62,479 nucleotides of DNA, filler included, from Globobulimina sp. (GCA_003354225.1; 14 parts of 14 records of this genome joined end to end with filler, not necessarily neighbours in it), one strand, 5' to 3'. Counted from the whole stretch's first letter, positions 1-12,714 are shown. Numbers and translations: made by a program. Notes: generated by a model not told the origin, from the sequence alone.

Positions 1-1
1 T

Positions 2-1106
2 GTGGTGGTTGTCACTTTTGTGTCGGTGGATAATGACGTTTTATATAATATCGCTACTGCGTCAAGGGTGGTTGCTAATGATTTGAATGTGTCACAATGG
101 AAAGGATTAAGTGGTACAGGTTTAAATGGTGCAGAATTAACATCTCTTTCCAGTGTGAATAATGGATCTGACATAGTTCTGGCTATTTCGAGTCAGAATG
201 GAATGGTGTCTGTATTGTCAATGAACAAAATAAATTTGGAGATTGAGGTATATAGTATAATTATACAGGAATTAAATAATGTAACTTGTATAAGTATTGA
301 TGCACTGATAATATATTATCTAATTCCTCATAATTATAATTAAGGAGATAATGTATGGCCGGTTAGTACCACGTGAATGTGGCCAAGTTGTTGTTGTAAG
401 TTCAATGTTTTTACAATGGCAAAAACCGAAATTATTGATATCTCAGATATTTGTTTGTAACTCATTGGTTTTGGGCATTCAAAAATGGATACAAAATGCC
501 ACGGTGCCCAATGGATTTAGTGAGTATGGCGAGACAATGTTAATCACACAGTTCGAAGATATAAAAGACATTCGACATTTATCGATTGTGGTATCCGCTC
601 AGTTCAATATTGTTGCTTGGTCAGCAAATAAAAAGATATTTGGTGGATGGGGTAGTTTGACAATTACAGATATTATGCAAATTGGTGTTGGAGACAAACC
701 GCGATTATCAATGAATAATGATATGATTATTATGGTGCATGAAAATGCGTATTGCTGGATCAGTGAGAAACATTTAAAAAGATCGACGCCGGCCACTTGT
801 AACGCAACGCCTATGTCAATGAAAGGTGTGTTAGGATATAGCATTGGCACTGGAGAGGACTGGCAGAATAAGTTTAGGGATAATGATGGGATGATATCTG
901 TTTGTGATAAATATCTTATTCATGGAATGTACGATGGAGGAAATAATCCATATTCGAGCATTGTTACTGACACAAATGGCAATGTTGCGGTTGTAGCTAT
1001 TCATGGAGGAATAAGAGAGCTCTTTGGATACACAGAGTTGACTGCTTGTGGAGCACCTATCAAATACAATGATTTGGTTCTTGATTCTTGGAAGATCAAT
1101 GCATAA
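2..1106 (+). CDS. Hypothetical protein, 5'-truncated, probably two exons
   Basis: ORFs 2..343 and 351..1106 can be joined in frame by a GTAACT...TAAG intron at about 281..344. No family recognised. Confidence 0.5.
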
Positions 1107-1197
1107 ATGCGGGTGCTAATAATTTTAATTTTCCCTCCAAACTTGTTGAACTTTTCTAACGCTAAAAAAAGGGTTATGAGGACAAAGAACATTGAAT

Positions 1198-3183
1198 TCA
1201 AATATTAAAACTATAGGTCCCCGACGAAGGAATTACAATATTATATGTGTATACATTCCAATCAGTATTGCCTGTCGCCATTGGGACTAACACAGAAATC
1301 TGCACATTTTCATTTGCTTCACCTCTAACATCCACACTTAGTGATGATCCATCAATGAATAAATTATCAAATCTATGTTCAGAAACAGAAACATATTTAT
1401 CCAACTCACCCAATAACACACATTCATGGGAGTCTGCATCGACAATTTGTATCAATTCAAATGAATGACTCATTGGATATATTACGCGTTGTGGCGCCAA
1501 TGCATATAAATAATCACTATGTGCTTCCGCCAACTGTACACAATTACTTTTTATTGCCATTGTGCCATTCATCACACAGTTTCTATAATTATGCCAATTT
1601 CTGACAATATATCGAGAATCACTGTTTAAAACTGGCGCAAATGACGAATACTTTAAATCGTATGCCATCCCCATATCCAATGCATATACTATGCGATATT
1701 TACTATACATATTCTTTGGGCCGTATTCCGTGGACCAAACATTAATAGTTTTGCCTGAAAAGATGCGAACAATAAACTGATCATCAATTGCAGTCATTGG
1801 TCGCTGTGGTTGCAACAACCTCCCATCTGAGCGGCATAACCGTTTGATTAATGTCGCATTGCTATATCCCGCACGGTCACTTATCCCAACAGGGCCTAAA
1901 CTTAATAGAGCAGCGATCGCATGGACTTCCGTGCTGTTATGATCAGTGCCAGTCGGATGGTTTTCGGCTGGCACTGCTTCCTCAAAATATGTCCAGAAAT
2001 TGTCTTTGCTCGGTTTTAAATGCAACGCGGACCAAAATATAGCGCCTGGACCAATATTCCAATTGCCATCACTTGCATAATCACCTGATGCTCTACCATT
2101 TGTTACTTGGGATAGAGATAATGACTGCATTAAGTCCATTGGAGTAGCCATACAATCTGATGTTCATATTGATATATTGTTAATTTGTGTTATTTATGCT
2201 ATATATATACTTGCATTGTATTCCCAATCCGCGTTCCTTTGCTGCCAGATTCATGCCATCCAACCACTGTTGTTGTGCGCCAACATGCGTTCTAAAGTAT
2301 GGTGTTCCGGACAAACAAGACATAAAATCAACTTCGTAAGCCACCATGCCAGTATTTGGGCCATTTGTGGATGCTGTAATACCAAAGTCAAATAAAGCAG
2401 AATAAAACGCATATGAATCTTGCGGTGCTGGCAATACATACGCAGCGCCTTGAGGGATGAACTCAAAATCACCGCTCCAATCATTTTCTGGTTGAAAGTA
2501 GGGTCCATATAAAAGTAATGGCACTTGGATTGTTTTGGCTAAACCGGCTTTTTGTTAATTTATATAATATAATTATGCATTATGTGAGACAAAACAAACC
2601 TAAACCGCCTGGATAATATGTTCCTGGTGGCTCCCAATGCGACACTGCTTTAACTCCACCCCAATATTTGTCCGGATAATTACCAACATACCACCTTATA
2701 TTATAAAACTGTGTATGTAAATATGTAATATATATAAACAAACCAATCATCCATTTGCCAATACTTAATTGGAATCTGTTGAGCATCCAATTTCTCCTTA
2801 GTTTGTCGCATCTCATCCAACGAACAACATGTTAAATTCATTGGATTTGACCGTGTGGCTCCTTCCCAACTATCTCCATAATAATACGCACCGTTATCAG
2901 TCCTAATTCATGCATCGTAAACATTATTAGCGGTTATCGCAAAATACAGCAATTTATACATACCAGTAACCCAAATAAGAAGTTACCACATCTAACTCCG
3001 CTTCAATCCTTGCAGTGTGATACAGTGATGTCAATCTTTTGGACCATTTATTCAACACAACATCATGTATGCCATCACCAACAACCACCACTGTTTCATG
3101 CTTAAATCCTTGCGGGATTTCCAAAATCTGCGCTGCGATTCCTAAGCGCCAATCGTTATTTATATATCCAGAGCCATTATTAC
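1198..3183 (-). CDS. Glycoside hydrolase clan-D-like (GH36/raffinose-synthase-related) TIM-barrel protein, 5'-truncated, at least 5 exons
   Basis: Spliced translation gives LGYWTDNGAYYY, YWQMDDWWY, YPGGL, YEVDF, GIQYCM, RASGDY, KDNFWT, LSLGPVGISD and DGRLLQP. Introns at about 2157-2214 (GC-AG), 2548-2599, 2695-2743 and 2903-2963. Confidence 0.7.
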
Positions 3184-3187
3184 CTAA

Positions 3188-3667
3188 AATTATACACCAC
3201 TGGCGAAGAAGACGCGCTCTCAGAAGAATTTAGAACATGTTCGCCTATCTCAAATCAAACAAAAGCTTCCCACTTTCAAACATAAACGAAAGCCAAAACC
3301 CACACCAACTGAAGAAACAGCTGCATCTCCATCCATATCAACGGCAACACCATCCAGACACATCAGACCTCCAAAAGCCACCACGCGATCAATATTACGA
3401 CCAACAGCCAAATCCAGCCCCAAGAAGAAGCAGAGAAAGACAAAGACAAAAACCAAACCAAAACCGAGGACAAGAACAGTATCTAAAGCGCGTGCCAAAA
3501 AAGCCACAGCTCCCACTCACCGCAGAGTCACTCGCTCAAAGAAGGACCTCTCACAAGAATCCATCTCCGCCATTAGAGCAAGACTCGAAAGGGAAGAAAA
3601 ATTAATCAAACTACGAAATAAACAACGCAGACAAAAGGATAATCATAAGAAGAAAAAGAAGAAATAA
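3188..3667 (+). CDS. Lys/Arg/Thr-rich C-terminal fragment of an unknown protein (no start codon; absent from the ORF track)
   Basis: Stop-free frame PLAKKTRSQKNLEHVRLSQ...SKARAKKATAPTHRRVTRSKK...KDNHKKKKKK* ending at TAA 3665-3667. Confidence 0.45.
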   Translation, partial: NYTPLAKKTRSQKNLEHVRLSQIKQKLPTFKHKRKPKPTPTEETAASPSISTATPSRHIRPPKATTRSILRPTAKSSPKKKQRKTKTKTKPKPRTRTVSKARAKKATAPTHRRVTRSKKDLSQESISAIRARLEREEKLIKLRNKQRRQKDNHKKKKKK

Positions 3668-4095
3668 TGTCTCTTTGTCTCCTATCATCTGTTTATAAAG
3701 TTGTTTTTATGTTTTATTTAGTTTATATATTTTATAACCTAATCCATAGATTTATCCTCCATTATTTTGTATATATATTATTTTTTATTTCACCATCTTC
3801 TCCCTACTCTGTCAGTCAATATGATGACATGATAGGTGCTTATATATGGTTATTAATAATATTATTATTTCATTATTCCAATCTATTGATTGTTTGCATT
3901 TCTTTGTTTTATTTTTATTATTTCGATTGTATTGTGCTTAGAGTTTTTAGAAAGTGTTTTCAAAACAGTTTTTATTTTCAATTTAACCTCTCTGAAGAAG
4001 ACCTTCATTATAAGGTCGAAACGTCAGAAATTGTACATCAGATAGTTCGATCAAATCCTTTAATTCACTATCGACCTTCTTTCTATTTTTATTTC

Positions 4096-4381
4096 TTAAA
4101 ATACAGAAACACCCCTCTCATATAAAATGTATCCTTGTACCGCCACAAATACATATCCTTGCGAAAGTAATTGGTTTTTAATTTTCTGTGTGGCAGCAGT
4201 TGCATGGTCCTGCTTTTCTTGATTGTAATATAAGCTTAACGCCAATCGATTTGTTGCATTATTCCTATAAATATATCCGTTGTTAAATGAAATAGTATAT
4301 GTATTATCTGGCGGTGATATCGAGGTTGCAACATAATTGTCGTTATATTGAGTGGAATACCACAATGTCAATGCGATTAAT
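4096..4381 (-). CDS. 3' end of a protein with a DUF5648-like repeat
   Basis: LSLYYNQEKQDHATAAT...SQGYVFVAVQGYI resembles the 'LYRLYN...DH.YT...GY..EG..GY' repeat. Truncated by the contig end. Confidence 0.45.
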
Positions 4382-4481
4382 NNNNNNNNNNNNNNNNNNN
4401 NNNNNNNNNNNNNNNNNNNNNNNNNTTAATTAATTAANNNNNNNNNNNNNNNNNNNNNNNNNNNNNNNNNNNNNNNNNNNN
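4382..4481. other. Artificial contig-joining spacer (first of 13)
   Basis: N44-TTAATTAATTAA-N44 with stops in all six frames. Also at 8862, 13338, 17811, 22284, 26756, 31228, 35699, 40166, 44632, 49097, 53559 and 58020. Contig lengths fall steadily from 4381 to 4360 bp, so adjacency across spacers is not biological. Confidence 0.99.
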
Positions 4482-6284
4482 AATTGTAACATCTTTTATA
4501 TTTGGCGATGACGATGCTAAACAAATATAAAATGTTGCTTCAAATATATTTTCATCCGCTTTCTTCTCTTCTTTTTTGTCTCCATCATCAACATCTGGCC
4601 GTGGTATTAACTCCAAATACCATTTAAGACCAAACATGGTAAACATAGGAGAGATAAAATTCAATCCTTTCTCTGAATTCCTTATCTTTTCAATTGTATC
4701 CATATCACTTATCCTCCAGCAATAAACACTTTCTTTTCCATAATTCTTGCAAATGGGCATTTCAATCATATGCATATGGTCGACATCATTATTATTAATA
4801 AACTGTTCACTGATTATTTTTCCATTATTATCGAAAACATCAATAATTCTGATAATTACCTTAAAATTAAATTCATTCAACTGATCAATATCTTGTGTTT
4901 TTAATTTATTCTTTTTCCAACCCCATGACGGGGAATCCTTTGAATATTTAGCTACGATATGAAATATTGCCGAAGTATCTTTCATTGCTAATTGTGCATA
5001 AACACAAACACTGCAAATATTTGATGGGAAACTTGCTAATCGTAAGAATAAATGTGTCCATCCAACATCTACATCTTGATGCCCATTGGGATAAAATTTA
5101 AGATAAAATTTAAATGCACTGAGCTCAAATATATCACTCCTAAAATGTGTACCATTGGAGGCTCTCTTCCATTGATTTATAGTCTCTGTATCATTAATTA
5201 TCCATTCATATGAACCATCCAATGATATCAAATTATTTGCGTTTGACTCATATGGCTCATATGCATGTAAATCATTTTCATAGTCAATATGCAACACAAA
5301 TATCTCCAATTTCATGGTGATAGCATTTGATTTTAAAATTTGTTGTTTTGTAATAAAATCAAATATCCACATTCTGGTATTTTCTTTAGTAAATACACAG
5401 CTTTTATCAAACATAATATCCTGTTCAACCAATAACAATTGAATACGGATACATATCCTCTGTATTGTAGGTGGTAATGACAGTAAATGCAGGCACCAGT
5501 CGGCAATGCTTGCTGTAAAATATGATAATTCCATAAACCATTTAAATCCTTGCACCATAAACAAATCACTACCAATCTCATATCCTTTTGCACAGTTTCT
5601 TAACTGTCGCAGACTGGATCGCTCATTTATTCTCCATTCAAAATATCCGGATGAACGCATACGTAATGGAATACATTGAAGTTTATCTATAACTTCTTCT
5701 TCTTTTTTATCATACATTCGGAAGTCTGTTAATTGCAGTTTAATAGATATGGATTGCGCTGATTTTAAATATTGGAGTTCGTCACTAGAATCAGAACATA
5801 ACTTATATAACGATATTTTTTTATATTCATCACTATCTTTAAATGTTACTGCGTGATTTGATATTAATCCAGTTTCTGGCTGACTTATAGTGGCAATGCA
5901 TTCAATTCGGGATAAGTGTTTTGGTAAATATGCAAATAATACGTCCCACCGCCATTCTATATCTTTTTTAGTTTGAAACAGCATGTAAAACTGTATTGCG
6001 TTCAATGAAATCATATCAGTAGTTATTAAACATTGTGAGCTGGAATCGTGTTTCATTGCATCAAATATAGAATGTTGTAAGTTGTAATACCTGATGCAAA
6101 TTGAACAGAGATCAGGTGGTAAATATTGTTTTGTTGTGGAACGGATGTATCCAATGCAAAGATGGTCAATTTCTGTGTTAGATAACGACGGTATCTGCCA
6201 TGTATGTGTAATTCGACCTTCTTGTTCTTGGTCTTGTTCAATATTTGGCTTTGGCTTTGACAGCACTACTAATTGTGGCTTCAT
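4482..6284 (-). CDS. Multi-MATH/TRAF-domain protein, 3'-truncated
   Basis: Repeated MATH signatures: FEWRI...SDLFMVQGFKWFMEL, YEWII...SDIFELSAFKFYLKFYPNG, YCWRI...SPMFTMFGLKWYLEL. N-terminal IDHLCIGYIR...PPDL...IRYY motif. Confidence 0.85.
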
Positions 6285-6461
6285 TTTTTAAAGTAAGTTT
6301 TTTTCGTTTATTAATTAAGTGCAAAAATCAGCAAAAATGGACTGCGTAAAAATATATTGGCAATTGATTCTGGAAAAATATAATAACAATGCAAAAAAAA
6401 GGATAGAAAACACACAACACTAAATCAAGGCAAACTTACGCAATTTTTTGGCTGCATTTAA

Positions 6462-8861
6462 TTACTCCCAATATTCTTTAGATAATGGATTTGAATCAAT
6501 TTGCGTGAGCAGATGAACAATTTGATTAAATGTAGGTCGTTTTTGAGGATCCTGTGACCAACACCATTCCATCAATTCTTTGTATTGATTTGGCATATTA
6601 TTGTTATTCTCAATGATTTGCGGTCTTTTGTTGCTTCTGACCACATCAATTACAATATTTGTAGTATTCATATTTTCATTGGAATATGGTTCAATGCCAT
6701 AGAAGATCTCCCACATTGTTATCCCAAACATGTACGAATCCGATTTCTTTGAATATGTTTTCTTTTGTATGGACTCAGGAGACATCCATAGAATTGGTCC
6801 AATTTTTGCTTTTGATTCTTGTTGGCATTTCTCAGTGTTGCGTTTTAATTGTCTGGTTAATCCGAAATCGGATATTCGTACTTCAGTATGGGTGTCAATG
6901 CAATTGTTTTCTATGGTACCTAATAATATATTTCTACAGGCGATATCCCTATGCACCAAACCGTATTTATGTAAGAATTTAAAGCCTGAAGCTGCTTTTG
7001 TCAAAATAATTAATAACTCAATTATTGTGGGCATATTATGTGTATTTATATCTCTGTACACATATTGCTGTACCGAATCGCCCGACATATAACGCATAAC
7101 AATACCAAATGGCGAGCGTATATAACCAAATATTTCCACCAAATTTTGATGTGATGGAAGAGATGTTGCCAAAATAATTTCTGCTCTTATTTCTTTTTCG
7201 TTTGAATTTGATTCTTTTAATTGTTTTAAAACAACAATATTTCCTTCCCATTTTGCTTTAAATACCGTACCAAAGTTGCCTTTGCCAATCTGTTTATCAA
7301 TGATTAAATCTTCTGGTTTAATTTCATTTGCTTTGTTTGAATTAATAACTTGTTCAATCATTTCTTGTTCACCCTCCACATCATCAATAATTGGTAGATC
7401 AATATTCATCTCAATATCACGATTTTCTGCATCAAACTTAGCCAAAGAAGTTACATTTATATCAACGCTAATTGTAATTTTTCGAGATTCCTGCGGAAAA
7501 TGTCTGGTGTTACTTCCACTCGGAGTAAAAAAGTGTATTTCAGAGCTTTGAGTTTGCGTTTGAGTCATTTCAATTTTATTCGATTTTATTCGTTCGTGAT
7601 TTATTTTACTATCGTCTGTGATTATGCTACTTCGTGTATTTGATCGCGATTGATTCACAGCTTCATATTTTGATTCCAAGTCCATTTTCTCTTTCTTCTT
7701 CTTTTTGGATGTATAGCAATAGAACAATAATACACAACCAATAATAAATAAAACACTAACAATGATAATAATTGTTAAAATGATGTGATTGCGCTTATTC
7801 TTACCTGTTTCAGTTGCGTCACCTATTTTAATTCAGACAAAATATAAATTAGTTTGTAAAACGTTTTTGGCATTGTGATCGTTAAAAAAATGTATCGAAA
7901 AATGTCACAAACTATTTGTATTCTGTCCTATATCCGCATTTATTTCATTCTTGGTATATATTTTCGTTTCACAGGAATCATATTGTTGAGCTTTTACGTG
8001 ATCGCATGCATTTTCTTCCGCAGCTTTTGCATCATCGGATTCTGCAAAAATAATCACAACTGTGACCTGTTGATCTCGTCCATCACTTTCTAATAATATT
8101 CTCCTTTTTGTTTGACAAAAATCACCAATAATAATTGACGCATTTACTTGAGAATTATTCACATTAAATAAATCCGCAAACCAGTTCGCATATTCCATCT
8201 CCGAATGTTGTAATGATTCATCACTTAATTCTTCATCTGATAAATTACAAATTGTAAACATTATAGTTAATATATTTTGAGCTTGAATTCCAAAAAATTC
8301 ATTTTTATTCACAAAGTATGATACTGTGCAGGTTTGCGGCATACTGTGCCAATACAATACATTCACTCGCAATCCATATGCAACCATCGACGAATCAGCA
8401 TATGCATCGTCTGCATTATTTGTTATGAGATACTTCTCAATTTCTAAATAATATTCAGTATTGGTAGTTGATCCTTGTCCCACATGAATAGTTTGGTTAT
8501 TTGCTTTGGTTGCGTGTCTATTCGGACATGTACAATTACTTTGATTTGCAGAAACAAATGTTAAATCCCATGAATTCGTTGCATGACCGATAACATCTAT
8601 TTGTTGCAGACATTGCCAACATGAAAAGTTGCATTCTCCATCATATGAATCTAATTTTAATTGTGATCCGTCGGTTTCATCCTGGTGCGTGTGAGGAATA
8701 GTTGTGATTGCGTTTGAAGCATACGTTGTTGTATGGGAGTTGGTTGTTGGATTTCTTGTGGTTTGCAATTGTGTGAGAGTTGTGAGTGTATTGATGTGCA
8801 TGCTTGGATTGGCTGTTGTTGTGTAAGTTATAGGTGCATTCGTTGTGTGTGTATTTGTGAT
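6462..8861 (-). CDS. Single-pass receptor tyrosine-kinase-like protein, 5'-truncated
   Basis: A GT-AG intron at 7823-7912 joins the Thr-rich/Cys-containing ectodomain (ORF 7905..8801) to a TM helix (IILTIIIIVSVLFIIGCVLLFYCY-TSKKKKK) and a kinase domain with GKGNFG, HRDIACRN, DFG, GPILWMSPE and RPTF. Confidence 0.85.
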
Positions 8862-9216
8862 NNNNNNNNNNNNNNNNNNNNNNNNNNNNNNNNNNNNNNN
8901 NNNNNTTAATTAATTAANNNNNNNNNNNNNNNNNNNNNNNNNNNNNNNNNNNNNNNNNNNNCCACTAATTAAAAACCATTAAAAACATAGGTTATGATTT
9001 TCCTGTTAATTCGAAAACTATTTACCGGCACAATGCTGTGTTCTAACTGTTCTTAGTATTGCGAAGACGTAAAAAGTATTCTTTGATGGTAAACCATATT
9101 AATGTCGATATATAATAAGTTTCATGATCAACTCAATTATGAATTTTTTAAATATTTTATACCACGCCAATTAATAGAAACTAAAAAAAGAATTCGATGC
9201 TCTTTCTCGGAAAATA

Positions 9217-11253
9217 ATGTATAGCAAAATGACAACAAATTGCTTTAGAAACAGTCGCATTCGAACTTATCTGTTCTTCGCCATTGTTTCTGTTTGGCTG
9301 ATTTTGATGACAATCAATCAAGAATTAACATCAAATACAACAGAAACAATCTTGAAATCAATCCAAGGATCTAATCCCACCGCATTCTCGACAGACACAT
9401 CCAAAGCAAGCAATAAAGAAACGGAATCGTCGACAAATCATTTATTACATGGTCACAGTCAAAAAGTTGAATCATATTATCCAGCGAAAACAGCAAAGCT
9501 TTTCACGAAATATATCGTTTTGGACGATGAAAAGTGTGAATTTGAAATGTATCAAAGAAACGATATCAAGGACAACGATTTTGAGACTAAACAATGGGTG
9601 AAATATAGATCAAAAACTGTATTAAATAAAGATGATAATATTCAATTTAATTTCAGCTCATTGAAATGTGAGAAATTATTAACTTTGCATTCAAATTATA
9701 TTTGGAAATTTTCATTTGATATTATTGTAAACCATCACAATCAAAATAATGAAACGATTAAAGAGTTTGAAGTATTTATAAATAATCAAACTACGAACGA
9801 TGAATTCATACAAAGCGAAATAAGATCAGTTGGCAGAGTCAATGATGGCGAAATGCAGGAAAATAAAAGAATTTATAACGGGGAATTTTATATTTATGAA
9901 CCGTCGCTGGTTCATAATGTTGAAATTGTGTATTCATTTAATAATAAATGGTATGATTTCTCATCATTCAAAATTCCCGATATTTTGAATAAAATGGAAA
10001 GAGTCAGAGATGAATACAATGATTCATTGCCTGCTATTTTTGATTATTTGCGAAAGAATGTCTCATTAAATATAACAAAAAAAGATGAAATAAATTTATC
10101 CAAAGAGTTCCAATCTACACATTTTATCGGATCATATTTATATAACACACCGATACAAATTAAAATCATTCACAATGAGTCTATAAAACCATTACAACAT
10201 TTTTGTTATGAAAACGATTTTAATTATGATTCGTATCAAAAAACTAAGGGTGGAAATGAACTGATGATGTCATATAAAAATAAGACATATCCAATCTATG
10301 TAATGAAGCGAAGAATTGGTCGTTGGCTTAATATCACCAGCCATAATAACGATAATTACGGACTTTGGGCAGAACCAGATTGCATTTGGGCAGTTGACCA
10401 ATTTTCATTTGATGCGTTGGATAAAATATTTACCAAATTCCATTTGAGATTTGGTGGTGATTCTAATCATGAAAAGTCTGTAAGGTCAGCAAACAATGAA
10501 TTATGTACAAATGGAGAATTTCATATAAATTGCTTCAATCATACACATAACATTTCATTTGAATGGTGGTTTTATCGCGGCTCAAAAATGTATCTTAACG
10601 ATCAACAGAAAACTGATTTTGCCGATATATATACACAACGAATATTGAATAAAAATATACAAACAAATGCAAGACAAGAATATTTCGGTCCATTTCCGAC
10701 AAATCAAACATTCGATTGCCGCAACTTTTGGCTTTGGGGTGAAAAAAAAGGAAATTCTGCAACGCCACATTTTTCTTCAATGAATTCAGGAATGTGGTTA
10801 GCGAGATATTCGCAGCGTGCATATATGTCAGCATTGGCATTAAACATTGGTTATTTAACAAGACAATGCAGGAAGTTATACCCAGACTTATTTGAGGCAG
10901 TCGGTTTATTTTGGAGACAAACCTATGCTATGTCTCTCAAAAAAAAAGCAATTACGAGCGGAAGAAGGAGACGCTTGATTTTTGCAAATGGTCAAACTGA
11001 AGATAATTTGAGAATGTTTTTATCCGCATTACGCGGCGAATTAACCGGTGTTTTATTAGATTTTGAAAGAACATATGCCAGGCAATGGAAAGAAAGGGAC
11101 TATGTTATGCATTTAGAAGGGAATATGTATAAATGGATGAATCATGATATGTTCAACGAAATATTTCGATATATTCCACATTCAATGCACCAACAATGTT
11201 TCAAAACATTTGATAAAACTTGTATTAAAGCTTTTGTTAACGTTGGAAATTGA
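9217..11253 (+). CDS. Type II membrane protein with a C-terminal SGNH/PC-esterase-like (NXPE/Cas1/TBL-type) domain
   Basis: N-terminal TM anchor, then W.EPDC, FGGDSN (GDS), NSGMWL and a C-terminal DYVMH Asp-His motif. Confidence 0.6.
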   Translation: MYSKMTTNCFRNSRIRTYLFFAIVSVWLILMTINQELTSNTTETILKSIQGSNPTAFSTDTSKASNKETESSTNHLLHGHSQKVESYYPAKTAKLFTKYIVLDDEKCEFEMYQRNDIKDNDFETKQWVKYRSKTVLNKDDNIQFNFSSLKCEKLLTLHSNYIWKFSFDIIVNHHNQNNETIKEFEVFINNQTTNDEFIQSEIRSVGRVNDGEMQENKRIYNGEFYIYEPSLVHNVEIVYSFNNKWYDFSSFKIPDILNKMERVRDEYNDSLPAIFDYLRKNVSLNITKKDEINLSKEFQSTHFIGSYLYNTPIQIKIIHNESIKPLQHFCYENDFNYDSYQKTKGGNELMMSYKNKTYPIYVMKRRIGRWLNITSHNNDNYGLWAEPDCIWAVDQFSFDALDKIFTKFHLRFGGDSNHEKSVRSANNELCTNGEFHINCFNHTHNISFEWWFYRGSKMYLNDQQKTDFADIYTQRILNKNIQTNARQEYFGPFPTNQTFDCRNFWLWGEKKGNSATPHFSSMNSGMWLARYSQRAYMSALALNIGYLTRQCRKLYPDLFEAVGLFWRQTYAMSLKKKAITSGRRRRLIFANGQTEDNLRMFLSALRGELTGVLLDFERTYARQWKERDYVMHLEGNMYKWMNHDMFNEIFRYIPHSMHQQCFKTFDKTCIKAFVNVGN

Positions 11254-11362
11254 TATGTTGGCTTTCGATTTGTTTTTTTTTAGTGAGAAAAACCTGAACA
11301 CACTTGAGTGACTTAAGCAGTAAAAGTATATTACATAATATTAAACTAAGTGTAGATAAGCA

Positions 11363-12372
11363 TCAGCCAGACGGACAAAACGTAACCGCCATGAAATTGG
11401 TAGTGCAGGCATTGTATCCGGAAGCACCGGCACCCTGATAATCATCATAGGGGAACGCATACTCCTTAACCAATCCAGCATGAATCCAGGCCGCGTACGT
11501 ATTATACGGTGCATTGCTATAAAACTTAGATGGATCGTTTTGATTCCCTGCGTTTGAGTACATTCCTCGATTTATGGCAGAACACCATTCCGGTTGTTGG
11601 CTAAACCAACCACTGCAAGCATAGCATTGCGGCGTAGTCACACCGCTTTGGCAATGTCCGTCCCGTACACATTACTGAATTGTCGAATCCAATGAGTTAC
11701 AAATCGATGCAGACGGGTTGCCTGCACATAGGGCGCCGGGCGATTGACACACTCCGTACGGCGGCGTCGATATAAAATTGGTAGGACAGCCGCTGCGGAT
11801 ACTTCCCACTCGAATTAAGCCAGAGCCTGTAACGGGAACAGAGGAGCAATCGCTGGGGTTCGCAGGGCCGATATTAACGGGCAAACCAAAGTAGTCCACA
11901 GCTGTTGGATTATAACACATTGTCTGCGGGTTATTGTTACAATGATTAATCTCTACTTTGTCGCGTTGGGTCACACCATTTAAATTTTGACCGATTGGGT
12001 TTGCCCACCACGCATATAATCTTGTTTGTAATTAAAAATATATATATACTGTACAATGAGCTGCGATTGTGCGGGTTTTAAATAATATAAAATATATATT
12101 ATAGAAAGTGTAGGTAACCTTTGTCCAGAATTGATGGGCCAGCCGGATATATCTACGATGACAGTTTGTCCACTATTCATTGTGGTTACGTGGGTTGGAT
12201 TACCTTCTGGGCCATCTACGGTTGTTCTTTGTATATACAATGTATTTGGACATCTATTTGTTACTTGGATACATGCGGAGTATGGACAATTTGCAGTTAT
12301 GTTTGGATTGCTTGATGCTGACAAAGCGATACTAAATAATAAAATAACAGCAGTCAACGTTGCAATTGCCAT
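11363..12372 (-). CDS. Secreted thaumatin-like (PR-5/beta-1,3-glucanase-like) protein with an in-frame TAA
   Basis: Signal peptide MAIATLTAVILLFSIALS; VTNRCP, YNPTAVDYFGLPV, YAFPYDD, VTFCP. Intron 12021-12118. In-frame TAA at 11674-11672 (TIQ*CVRDGHC). Confidence 0.75.
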
Positions 12373-12714
12373 GTTGTGGTGAGTATTTGTATATTTATAG
12401 GAGTTGAATACTGCTTTATGTATAAAAAACAAAGAACTTTAAAAAACAGTTTATTTCTAAACAAATTTGGATATGATATAGCTGTATGTATTCTAACAAC
12501 AGTTCTGAAACTCATTTTGTGCCATTGTGGATAACAAAAAAGTTATACTCAGTCAAAGTTTTTAAATTTGAAATGAGACTTATTTCAACTAACATGACAA
12601 AATAGACAACAAAAAACAACAACAACAATTACATGGACAAATAATGATACTGAATATGCTCTGCTGTGTTTACAAGATTTTATAATTAATTGTTGTATTA
12701 AATTGTTTGTCATT

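Noticed and set aside
3667-4125. 152-aa hydrophobic ORF, and similar short F/I/L/Y-rich or antisense ORFs in the track
   Set aside because: Translations of T-rich UTR or intron DNA, or shadows of real genes on the opposite strand; no motifs.
4426-4437. Regularly spaced TTAATTAATTAA palindrome every ~4.47 kb
   Set aside because: Artificial six-frame-stop linker inside N spacers; the periodicity comes from length-sorted contigs.
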